64,000 nucleotides of DNA from Firmicutes bacterium UBA1702 (lineage in GTDB: Bacteria > Bacillota > Clostridia > Peptostreptococcales > Anaerovoracaceae), in NCBI GenBank assembly GCA_002320005.1, contig DCJK01000013.1, forward strand, positions 107,049 to 171,048. The letters are read 5' to 3'. Both the position numbers and the translations under genes were made by a program. Below, piece after piece: positions 29,352-38,141 of this stretch. The notes under the pieces are model-generated. The model was not told the origin of the DNA. It was given only the letters and a program-made list of their open reading frames with translations, and searched no databases. Each line of letters starts with the position of its first letter. Position 1 is the first letter of the stretch.

Positions 29352-29372
29352 GAGGGTACAGCTGTACCCCCC
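29352..29372 (-). terminator. hairpin plus T-run between the ATPase and HNH genes (possible partial terminator)
   Basis: Minus strand reads gggggggtacagctgtaccctc followed by ttatttttt. A TATAAT follows before the HNH RBS. Confidence 0.45.
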
Positions 29373-29379
29373 CTGTGAA

Positions 29380-31188
29380 TCAAAGCAATTCGGAAATATC
29401 CGAATTTGTTTTGCTTGCTATTGTGATGATGGTTTCGAGCTTCGGACACCTAAATTTCTTGCTGCTTATATTTTTCCTCCACGATTCAATAGTCTCAACG
29501 CTCAGATTTAACTCATCAGCGGCTGTTTCGATTGATTTATAACAATCAATAACTGATCGATAACAACGGTTGGCGGTCGCTTCTTTATCGCCTTTCTGAT
29601 ATTTTTCCAAAATCTCCTGCAGATTAAAAATATCTCCACCGATAACCTGCTTTAAAAGGTCATTACAGTTTTCTTGTGTTACCGCTGTTCCGTGCTGTTC
29701 CATTGTGACAAAATGTACGCTGTTCCAATCATTCGGAACAAGATAGGGGCTATGCGTGGAATAAATGACTTTAATTCCGTTCGTTTGGAGTTCAAGCAGC
29801 TCCCGCATCACTTCTTTTTGAGCAATGGGGTGAAGCATGGCGGCAGGCTCGTCAACAATAAACAGATCGCCCGGACGAAGCGTATTCTTCATAAAGTAGT
29901 AGGTAAAATACCACCGTCTGCCGGCACTTGTGGAATTCAGCGCAACCGTTTCACCGAATTTTTCATGTAAAACTATTGACGGGATTTTTCCTTTTGAATG
30001 CTCAACTGAAATACTGTCATACATATCTTCCTCAAATTTAGGCAGGTTGGAATTGAGATATTCTTCGAATTCGCACAGAGCTTCATCGGTCAGCGAAAAA
30101 TCCTTCTCTGTTTTGATTTGTTTCAGCAGATCTTCCTTATCGGCTTTGTCGTAAACCTTGTTAAGATAGGTCTCAAGAATAATATACGATTTATCGTTGC
30201 GGTAGAATTCCTGACCCCTTTCGTCGCTTTTGAATATGATATCGCTGCTTTCGTTTCGTAAAAATGAGTGTTTGCCGCCGACACACTTTTGCACTTCACG
30301 AACGAATTTAAAAAATGTGCCGTTATTTTCGGGTGTTAATTGTTCGCCGGTTAATGCTTCTTTCAGACGATTTGCACGTTCGTCAATTTCATTGAGTAAT
30401 GCTATGATTCTGTCACAGGACGCTTTTGTTGCCTTGTTGATTTTTGTGATTTCCCGCTTTATCGCCGTTCCGTTTACGGTGATAAACTTTGCTTCAAACG
30501 GAGCCAAATCCGGTTTTATATAGCGGAGTTGAAAAGATAATCTTTCCGTGTCATTTAAGTTGATATAATTATAAACATATCCGAAGGATAAAGAATTATC
30601 CTCGGTATTAAAGCTTTGCGACAGCGAATTTGCAAGCCGTTCAGCCTGTTCTATAATAAATTCAACTTGAAATTTCAATTTGTCAAAATCGGTCGTTGAA
30701 TTGCGGAAATCGGCAATCTGAAAACTGCGGACAGGCACATCGGCTCTTTCGTTATATGCTATTTTGTTAAGCTGTTTTGTATATGTATTGAGAGCTTTCT
30801 TTAACTCATCTGTAAGGTCAAGAATTTCGCAAATTTCAGAATTCAAAAGCGGGACTAAATATTCCGATTCAATTCTGTCGATTTTGCAATTTTCACCAGA
30901 GCAAGCGATAAAGCGGCATTTATTCTCATCAATTTTTTTGCCGGGAAATAGTCGAGCAATGTCATGCTTTGAGAGAGTGATGTGCACTTTGTAGCTAAGC
31001 GGCAGTTTACTGCTCGCCCCGAAATAATTGCTGTTTACTTCTGCTATTGTGTCCAATGCCTCTAAAATATTGGTTTTTCCGCTTCCGTTTTTGCCGATTA
31101 ACACGGTTGGCAGATTGTCATAAAAGTTAATTTCAATCGGTTCTTTTATGGATTTGTATTTTTTAATTTCAATTCTTGTTATTTTCAT
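29380..31188 (-). CDS. ABC/SMC-type (AAA_15/AAA_21-like) ATPase with a long helical insertion and a C-terminal XRE-like HTH
   Basis: Start MKITRIEIKKYKSI. Walker A GKNGSGKT, signature-like TSAGRR, Walker B LFIVDEP, STHSPY. Tail ETAADELNLSVETIESWRK...PKLETIITIASKTNSDISELL. Confidence 0.8.
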   Translation of the reverse strand: MKITRIEIKKYKSIKEPIEINFYDNLPTVLIGKNGSGKTNILEALDTIAEVNSNYFGASSKLPLSYKVHITLSKHDIARLFPGKKIDENKCRFIACSGENCKIDRIESEYLVPLLNSEICEILDLTDELKKALNTYTKQLNKIAYNERADVPVRSFQIADFRNSTTDFDKLKFQVEFIIEQAERLANSLSQSFNTEDNSLSFGYVYNYINLNDTERLSFQLRYIKPDLAPFEAKFITVNGTAIKREITKINKATKASCDRIIALLNEIDERANRLKEALTGEQLTPENNGTFFKFVREVQKCVGGKHSFLRNESSDIIFKSDERGQEFYRNDKSYIILETYLNKVYDKADKEDLLKQIKTEKDFSLTDEALCEFEEYLNSNLPKFEEDMYDSISVEHSKGKIPSIVLHEKFGETVALNSTSAGRRWYFTYYFMKNTLRPGDLFIVDEPAAMLHPIAQKEVMRELLELQTNGIKVIYSTHSPYLVPNDWNSVHFVTMEQHGTAVTQENCNDLLKQVIGGDIFNLQEILEKYQKGDKEATANRCYRSVIDCYKSIETAADELNLSVETIESWRKNISSKKFRCPKLETIITIASKTNSDISELL

Positions 31189-31225
31189 AAGAACCCTCTC
31201 ACAATGGAAAATGTACACCGTATGT

Positions 31226-31254
31226 GTTATATCACAAAATCACACATTTTTCAA
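31226..31254 (-). promoter_or_regulatory. sigma-A type promoter of the ATPase gene
   Basis: Minus strand has TTGAAA, 17-nt spacer, TATAAC. Lies about 35 nt upstream of the ATG. Confidence 0.55.
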
Positions 31255-31390
31255 TCGATCGGTTGTCAGGTAAAAGATGCTCGAAACAGCAGAACAACCA
31301 TAAGAACAATATGTGCGATTTAAAAATTCGCATACTCGCACCTGTTTTTCGATTTTGATAAACTGTAATCGAAAGGCAGGTGCATTATTT

Positions 31391-31600
31391 ATGTCACGGT
31401 TTATAGAAGAATTTTACAACGGAAATATTGATCCGCAGGCACGCAGTACAAAAGAAAATAAGGCGTTGCAAAAGCAAATGGAAGTCCTGATGAATAATAA
31501 GGATTTGCTGACCAACGCCCTGACCGACAAGCCGAAGAAATGGTTTCTCGACTATGTGAACGCTTGGGGAGTTGCCAACGGCGAATCAAATCTCGTGTAA
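31391..31600 (+). pseudogene. small mobile-element protein (DUF6809-like, from memory), 3'-truncated by the IS21 insertion
   Basis: MSRFIEEFYNGNIDPQARS.... The stop codon TAA lies inside the IS terminal inverted repeat. Confidence 0.45.
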
Positions 31601-31648
31601 ATGTCAACATAAAAATGTCAAAAAGTTCCGAAATGAAAATGTAGTTTT

Positions 31649-32413
31649 CTAACGAGATTGATTTTGCTCTCCTGAATCCAGTAAATCGTAATAGTCTTTT
31701 GTCCTGTATGAAGGACCCACCATTTTCAGAACATGAGAATGATTGAGCAGTCGGTCAAGGATTGCATTGGCAAGCATTGAATCTGAGAATACATCGCCCC
31801 ATTTACTGAACGGTTGGTTGGTTGTGATAATTGTTGAATTATGTTCATATCGCTTCGCAATTAACTGGAACAACAGATTTGCCCCAGTCTTGTCTACTGG
31901 AAGATATCCGATTTCATCAATGATTAGAAGCTTGTATTTTGAAAAATGCTTGAGTCTGGATTCTAATCTGTTTTCATCATGAGCCTTTCTAAGAGTCTGT
32001 ATCAAATCATGACAGGTGATGAAATACGTAATGTTCCTTTTCCTTGCTGCCTCAATTCCTATTGCTGTGGCAAGGTGTGTTTTACCCGTTCCCGGAGTTC
32101 CATAAAACAATATATTTTCCTTGTTCTCAATAAATCTAAGTGTTGCAAGATCTTTGATTTCTGTTCTGCTGACTGTATTCCGGAAATGAAAATCAAATTC
32201 GTCAGCAGTTTTGATATACGGAAAATGCGATACGCTCACCTGAATCTGAGCCGCCCTTTGATTTCTAAGTGATATCTCACGCTTTGATATTTCGTATAGA
32301 GCTTCTTGCAAACTGATTCCATCCTTTGTTGCCGTTGTCAGATATTCTGAGAGATATGGTTCAACATCTGTAAAGCCAAGCTCGTCAAGATTATTCACTA
32401 ACTGTGTATACAT
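31649..32413 (-). CDS. istB: IS21-family helper ATPase IstB
   Basis: GTPGTGKTH Walker A, LLIIDEIGY Walker B, 254 aa. Confidence 0.9.
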   Translation of the reverse strand: MYTQLVNNLDELGFTDVEPYLSEYLTTATKDGISLQEALYEISKREISLRNQRAAQIQVSVSHFPYIKTADEFDFHFRNTVSRTEIKDLATLRFIENKENILFYGTPGTGKTHLATAIGIEAARKRNITYFITCHDLIQTLRKAHDENRLESRLKHFSKYKLLIIDEIGYLPVDKTGANLLFQLIAKRYEHNSTIITTNQPFSKWGDVFSDSMLANAILDRLLNHSHVLKMVGPSYRTKDYYDLLDSGEQNQSR

Positions 32414-32474
32414 ATTACAATCCTCCTGTCCATTTATCCATGCTTAGTAGATTTTCTTGTACAAATGCCATAAT

Positions 32475-33656
32475 TTATTCATCAGTTTTGTGCTTCATGG
32501 CATCACTTTTTAGAATGTCGCAAGCTGTACCTACAGTGTAACTGAACATTTTATCACTAATAACGTGACAAACTACCAGTTTACCGCTATAATATATTTC
32601 AAGATTTCCGTCATGAACATTGACGGTCATTCTTTTACCTATGTAACGTGTAGGTACAGAGTATTTTCGTCCTTCATACCGAATCATTGATTCTCTGTTA
32701 ACGAGATAAGTTTTTGAATCTTCTTGGCGGGAGATGTACTTTTCGAGAACAGAAATGTATGGAAGTGGCAGAAAATACTCTTTTTCTTTTTTGAGTTCTT
32801 CTGCTGGAATGAGTCCGGAGCCCTGAGAAACATCCTCATTGATATCATCCATGAAATTCCTACTGATGTTAACAAGGTCATTCCATGTGTCAAATTCCTC
32901 ATTGTATGCCCTTAAACGCTCCACTAACTTTGCCATTGCCTCTACTTTTCCTTTTGTTTGAGGTCTGTATGGCTGACATGCAACAGGCTTGAATCCGATA
33001 TCCTTTGCGTAGTATTCAAACTTCTGATTAAATACGGTTCTGGTAAAAGAACATCGAGACTGGTCAACTACAGTCTTCATGTTATCAAACAGAATTTCTC
33101 GTGGTACACCTCCAAAATGCTTAAATGCAGAGGTCATGCAATCAAATAGTGTTTCCTGTGATCGATCCGAGGTTATTGCAAGATACTTGTATCTGGAATA
33201 ACCCAGAACCATTAGAAAAATGTTTACGACGTAAACTTCACCTTTGCGATTAACAAGTTTCATGTCTTCTTTCCAGTCAACCTGTGCCTGAAGACCTGGA
33301 TTTGTCGCATAACGAATAGTTGCTTTCTTTGTTTCAGTAGCCTTATGCTGCCTCACAAAATCGGCAACAATGCTGTATTTGCCACTGTATCACTTACCTT
33401 GAATGAATTTGTAAACAGACATAGCCGTACACCCAAACTTGTCAACTTTATCAATGATAATCTCTTTGTAATCATCAAGCTTTGAAGTGTAAACTCGTCT
33501 GCTTGTCTTTGGAAGAATTTCGCCTTTGGAAATCTTAATATATCTGTCAATGGTTCGTGGATCACAGTCAAATCGCCGAGCTAGTTCAGTTTTATTGCAC
33601 AAATCTAGATTCTCCTTTCCTAAGAATTCAATTTTATCTTTTATGTCACCTCTCAC
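32475..33656 (-). pseudogene. istA: IS21-family transposase IstA interrupted by an in-frame TGA (33390..33392)
   Basis: The two track ORFs (33390..33656 and 32475..33356) are in the same frame (1182 nt = 394 codons). The read-through sequence ...FIQGK*YSGKYSIVADFVRQHK... is continuous IstA-like sequence. Confidence 0.8.
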
Positions 33657-34026
33657 AACAAATTCCTCCTTCGTTCAGTGACACAATTATATTAAAAAAA
33701 TGCTACCTGAAAATGCTTAAATCCCTACATTTTGATATCGGAACTTTAATGCATTTCCATAGTAACATTTACACAGCACTATGAGGTAGAAAATGAATGT
33801 CTTGCTTCATAGTGCATTTTTTTGTGCAGAAAATTGCCTGAAAAAGACTCTATAACGTTTTCCGCATATAGCAGATCTCTAATTGGTAAAAATGATTGCT
33901 AGGTTGCTTCAAAGACTGTGAAAGTTTTTCTGTAAATTAGCCCTCCATGGTAATTAGATAGCTTTGACACTCGCTTTTCAGCAGGTGCCTTACTTGTTGA
34001 CAATACAAGATATCATTCAAAAGATG

Positions 34027-35838
34027 CTATAATCCTTTGTAATATTTTTCAATTAAAGCAGCCATCAACTTACGACGCTCACGAAGGAAATCATCATAGG
34101 ATGACACATCCATCGTATCAATATCATCCGGAATACAGTTTTCTGAAAGGTTAGATACAAGAAGGGACTCATCCGAAATGTTACCCAATTCGATTTTCTT
34201 GGTTACACACTGTTGTTTTGCTTTGGTGAAATATGTTGCGGGCGCATCATCGCTGATTGCTTTGTTAACTTGAGTATCAAGAAAGATGTAATTTGCGACC
34301 TGATTATATTTTGTCTTATTGGTTACCCCATTGTTCTTGAGGTATGCACGTGGGAAAATGTGATGCACATCGCCGGAAATGGTAACAAGATCGGAAACCT
34401 TGGTGCCATTCATAAGCATTGAGTTGCAGTTAAGGTTGATTTGTGCCGCGATAAAGGTATTAAATGCAGGGCTGTTTACAGATGATGTTTCCAAATTTTG
34501 AGGAAGAGTTACTTTCCAGAAAGAATCAGAGAGAGAAGATGCTTCTACATCTGCAAGGAAGTTCAGGAATCCCTTCTCGGCAATGCTTCTCATATCTCTG
34601 TCCATTACTGTTTCGGGAGAACCTATGTAACGGGATGTAAGTGTGGACATAACGAACCACTTTTGAACATAACGCTTGATCTGTGCATTCGGGATGGTTG
34701 GATCATCAAGCAACATCAAATACAAAGTGTATGCAAAATCAAGCGTCATAGCCGAATTTAACAATTTGTGCGAGATAAATCCGGCGCCTTTTATTGCCAT
34801 AATAAACTGAGCAAAATTGTACTCGTTTATAAAGTTTTGAATACCCTCATCAAGTTTACGATAAGATTCGTCAACAATATCATCACGGTATTCTTTTGTT
34901 TCAAAATCTCTGCCCGAAAGTAAACTTACAAGATCTGAAAGTTTTCCTCTACGGAACTGGTGCATGAAGGAAACACGAAGCATATCGCCATAATCGGGAT
35001 CGTAAATATCATCATAATCCTTTGCGAGCCATTTGATTTTGGAAGCATATTTTGAATTTTGAAACTCTGCGTCATTTGTAATATGAGAAAAAAACTCCGG
35101 CTTAACTGCGAGATGACAGAAATAATCAACTGTCTTTCTCAGCATATTGCCGCCGTGTTCGGTATCGGCTGCCATTTTAGACATGACGAAGTCAGACTGG
35201 CTGAGTGCGGTGCCTTTGGAGTTGATACGAATGAAAATCTCTGTAACTTCATCAATATCAAGCGAATGATCAAGTTCAATCACACCAATTTGACGATTCG
35301 CAATGCCCTTCAGTTCGGTAATGGCTTTATTTACATCATTAGGTTTGACGCCCTCATTGACTGAACAGTATTTCAACGCAAAATCAAACGGATCGAAATT
35401 GCTATCGAAAACAACAGAAATGTCAGGAATCCACTTTTTATCTTTTAAATGGGATGCATCTTGAACCGCAAAACGTTTTGTTTCATCTTCAGCAAGCGGA
35501 TTAAATGCAATCTTAATTCGATCTTTGTTGAAGTCTTCATCAAGCACTTCCTTACCTGAAATTGCCGCCATCAGTGAGGTAATACGTTGTTGACCGTCTA
35601 TAAGAATCTTCTTGCCGTTGGCTTTTCCACCATCTTTAGTCTGCACATCTGGATTTTTCCAAGTAATAATGTACCCGGTGGGATAACCACTATATAATGA
35701 GTCAATTAAATCTCTAACTTGACTTCTTTTCCATACAAAGGGACGTTGTATTTCGGGGATAACAAAATCCTCGGCTTCAATTAAACCAAGTATTGCGCTT
35801 ATGGAGTATTGCATCAAAGTGAACTTTTCACCTGTCAT
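34027..35838 (-). CDS. GmrSD-family type IV (modification-dependent) restriction endonuclease, DUF262 + DUF1524
   Basis: N-terminal IPEIQRPFVW and LIDGQQRITSL (DUF262). C-terminal DVHHIFPRAYL ... NQVANYIFLDTQVNKAISD (His-Me finger, DUF1524). Confidence 0.85.
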   Translation of the reverse strand: MTGEKFTLMQYSISAILGLIEAEDFVIPEIQRPFVWKRSQVRDLIDSLYSGYPTGYIITWKNPDVQTKDGGKANGKKILIDGQQRITSLMAAISGKEVLDEDFNKDRIKIAFNPLAEDETKRFAVQDASHLKDKKWIPDISVVFDSNFDPFDFALKYCSVNEGVKPNDVNKAITELKGIANRQIGVIELDHSLDIDEVTEIFIRINSKGTALSQSDFVMSKMAADTEHGGNMLRKTVDYFCHLAVKPEFFSHITNDAEFQNSKYASKIKWLAKDYDDIYDPDYGDMLRVSFMHQFRRGKLSDLVSLLSGRDFETKEYRDDIVDESYRKLDEGIQNFINEYNFAQFIMAIKGAGFISHKLLNSAMTLDFAYTLYLMLLDDPTIPNAQIKRYVQKWFVMSTLTSRYIGSPETVMDRDMRSIAEKGFLNFLADVEASSLSDSFWKVTLPQNLETSSVNSPAFNTFIAAQINLNCNSMLMNGTKVSDLVTISGDVHHIFPRAYLKNNGVTNKTKYNQVANYIFLDTQVNKAISDDAPATYFTKAKQQCVTKKIELGNISDESLLVSNLSENCIPDDIDTMDVSSYDDFLRERRKLMAALIEKYYKGL

Positions 35839-35843
35839 AATTA

Positions 35844-36365
35844 TTATTCCTCCGTCATAAAAGTTGCATAACCTTCATAATAGTAGCTGTTGCCGATGCC
35901 TTTCACATAGGCCACACGGCTGTCGATTTCATCGGTCAGTGCCGCTTTTAAAAGGCATTTAATTTCTATGCCTTTAATTGTACTTCGCGCCATTGCCGGC
36001 AGATAATCTTCATTATCAATCTTGCTCTGGTCCACCGCTTTGCTGATTTCATTCTTTAAGATGCGGTCGAGCCAAAGGCTGGCCGCGACATTTTATCGAT
36101 GCTCTCAAGCGTCGCTTGCGAATAAATTAAGGAAGCAAATCGGAAATTGCCCTTCGCAATATTGACTGTTCTGAGTTCGCCTGCGAAGTCGTAAATGCCA
36201 TCAAAGAGATATTTATTGAGTGCCTGTAAGACTGAAATTTTGCCGGCAGGGAGGTTGCATAGAATACCTTTTTCAAAAATTCCGCAACCTTTTTCTTGCT
36301 GATGCGCTCTTCTTCACGTGCATGGTCGGCAGAGCTTGTCAGCCCCATTTATTTTCAAGTGTCAT
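35844..36365 (-). pseudogene. decayed Fic (Fido) family gene: at least 3 frame disruptions and the catalytic HxFx(D/E)GNGRxxR region deleted
   Basis: Fic-like segments occur in three frames: MTLENK / GLTSSADHAREEERISKKK / GILCNLPAGKISVLQALNKYLFDGIYDFAGELRTVNIAKGNFRFA..IDKM / NEISKAVDQSKIDNEDYLPAMARSTIKG...YYYEGY. No HPFxxGNG appears in any frame. Confidence 0.7.
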
Positions 36366-36376
36366 TTGCACTTCCG

Positions 36377-36646
36377 TTATTCCTTATCATTCTCCAGAAG
36401 ACCGTATGTCCGGTAGTAGGACAGTATCGTCTGGTATTGCAGTTTGGTTGTAAAAAGCTGGCGATAGGTAACGGTTTTTTCTTTCCCTTCAGCCTTGAGC
36501 GTTGCCAATTTCTCTGTAACCAAGTCATACTGCGCGAGAATATCGGAAAGCATTTTTTCAAAAGCCTTTATGCGTTCTCCATCACGGGCAAGGTCGGCAG
36601 AGTTTGTAAGCCCTAATTTATTTTCAAGTGCCATATTGAACCTCAA
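36377..36646 (-). CDS. hypothetical 89-aa protein; N-terminus duplicates the Fic N-terminus and it contains TLKAEG (S/TxxxE[G/N] Fic-inhibitory-type motif)
   Basis: MALENKLGLTNSADLARDGERIKAFEKM... The first roughly 50 nt are a DNA-level repeat of 36316..36365. Intact ORF immediately upstream of the Fic remnant. Confidence 0.5.
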   Translation of the reverse strand: MRFNMALENKLGLTNSADLARDGERIKAFEKMLSDILAQYDLVTEKLATLKAEGKEKTVTYRQLFTTKLQYQTILSYYRTYGLLENDKE

Positions 36647-36663
36647 AAATCAGATTATAATAT

Positions 36664-37140
36664 TCATGAAATTAAAACGATTGCAACTACAAAAATTAAA
36701 ATACCTACTAAAAATGTCATACAACCGGTAGCCTGTGGGGATGATTTCCTATGATTAGATGCCGTATGAGAATATGTGTATGTAGGTGATTCTTGTATAT
36801 GTGCTTGTTCCGATTTTTGAGTAGGGCGAAGCTTGGTGGCTTTAGAATATAAAGCGAGAGGGTCGGTTTGATTCATTATGCGTGAATAAAAATCGTCAAG
36901 CCACACAGTATCGTACGGTTCACACATATTTTGCTCGGTGCAATCAGGTTCATGTGCTATTTGATTCCTAACCCAACGGTAGTGTTTCAGTTGTTTTAAG
37001 TCATCATCCCAACCTCTTACAAGATAAGAGCCACGGGGAGTATTTATCATTTCATCAATATAAGCGGATATACGCCTATCATCATTTAATATTTCGCCGC
37101 ATAGTTTTTCAAGATGTTTATACGATTCAATAAAACCCAT
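36664..37140 (-). CDS. hypothetical protein with a C-terminal TM anchor
   Basis: AGGAG RBS 8 nt before the ATG (MGFIESYKHLEKLCGE...). C-terminal helix MTFLVGILIFVVAIVLIS. Confidence 0.55.
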   Translation of the reverse strand: MGFIESYKHLEKLCGEILNDDRRISAYIDEMINTPRGSYLVRGWDDDLKQLKHYRWVRNQIAHEPDCTEQNMCEPYDTVWLDDFYSRIMNQTDPLALYSKATKLRPTQKSEQAHIQESPTYTYSHTASNHRKSSPQATGCMTFLVGILIFVVAIVLIS

Positions 37141-37158
37141 ATGGCACAACTCCTAAAC

Positions 37159-37347
37159 TTAATTGTCCGCTGCAACACCGGATTTCATCCAGGCATCAAC
37201 TTCACTGAGTTTGAACTTCCATAGGCGTCCGATTTTCGCAGCAGGCATATTTCTTTTTTCTATCCAAGCGAGTACTGTGTCGCGGCTGACGCCCAGGTAT
37301 TCGTAAGTTTCTTTCATTGAATACCAGCGTTCGATGTTAGAATCCAT
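37159..37347 (-). CDS. excisionase/AlpA-type HTH DNA-binding protein (62 aa)
   Basis: MDSNIERWYSMKETYEYLGVSRDTVLAWIEKRNMPAAKIGRLWKFKLSEVDAWM. GTGAGGA RBS. Confidence 0.7.
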   Translation of the reverse strand: MDSNIERWYSMKETYEYLGVSRDTVLAWIEKRNMPAAKIGRLWKFKLSEVDAWMKSGVAADN

Positions 37348-37572
37348 TAAATTGTCCTCACTTTCGGGTATTTTTTTACAACTTTTGTATAGCACATTTC
37401 AGCGCTTTAATCAAGGATTATTGTGGATTTATAAAGAAAACATAGGAAAATATAATAAAATTTAATAGATAAAAAGGGTTAAAAAAGAAAATCTCCGACA
37501 GCCTTTGACTGCGGAGATAGCGTTTACCGGCAGCAGCCGACATACAGCTGCCCGGTATTGATTATTTGTCAT

Positions 37573-37965
37573 CTAAAACCATATGGCTTTTACTGTAAGC
37601 CATATGATAATCGCCCAGACGGCAGCCACGGGCATAGCATAATACCATTTTTTCGGCTTTCCGTCTGCCCACATACCTTCTGATTTTTCACGACATTCCA
37701 TCCACACATCTTTGGGAATAAGCTTTATTGTCAGAGCCATCAGAGCCGGCAATAAAATCATATCATCAAGATATCCCAGCACCGGAATGAAATCCGGAAT
37801 CAGGTCAACAGACGACAGGGCATAGCATACCGTGACAGCAGCTGTCACCTTTGCCGGGACAGATGCACTGCCGTGCTTCAATGCAAGGAATACCACCGGT
37901 AAATCAGTCTTAAGTTTTTTGCTCATTCTTTTAGATTCATCATACATGTTCTCCATAGTAGCCAT
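37573..37965 (-). CDS. DUF1232 (YkvA family) membrane protein
   Basis: DLIPDFIPVLGYLDD signature. Own promoter (TGCTATAAT 11 nt before the ATG, no SD) and own terminator (about 37478..37512). Confidence 0.8.
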   Translation of the reverse strand: MATMENMYDESKRMSKKLKTDLPVVFLALKHGSASVPAKVTAAVTVCYALSSVDLIPDFIPVLGYLDDMILLPALMALTIKLIPKDVWMECREKSEGMWADGKPKKWYYAMPVAAVWAIIIWLTVKAIWF

Positions 37966-38141
37966 GGGCTGAGTATATTATAGCAGGCAGATAATTTTTT
38001 TCAATGCGGCAACCGCCGGAAGGGAAAGTGCAGGACGCACATAAAAAGTCCACCGCAATTCCTTTTAAATCACGATGGACTCATGGCGGAGAGTTAGGGA
38101 TTCGAACCCTAGGTTCCTTTTGGGAACACAGCATTTCGAGT
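37880..38141. repeat. right copy of the 261/262-bp direct repeat (embedded in the intact DUF1232 gene start, intergenic region and intact tRNA-Ser)
   Basis: See 26690..26950. Confidence 0.9.
37977..38004 (-). promoter_or_regulatory. promoter of the DUF1232 gene (extended -10), near-leaderless
   Basis: Minus strand has TTGAAA, 16-nt spacer, (TGC)TATAAT. The ATG starts 12 nt after the -10. Confidence 0.5.

Larger units (their letters stand above)
31596..33773 (-). mobile_element. IS21-family insertion sequence (istA-istB), about 2.18 kb
   Basis: Terminal inverted repeats start TGTAAATGT at both ends, 38/49 matching by hand alignment, with internal aaatgtcaa sub-repeats. istA and istB lie inside. 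Confidence 0.85.
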
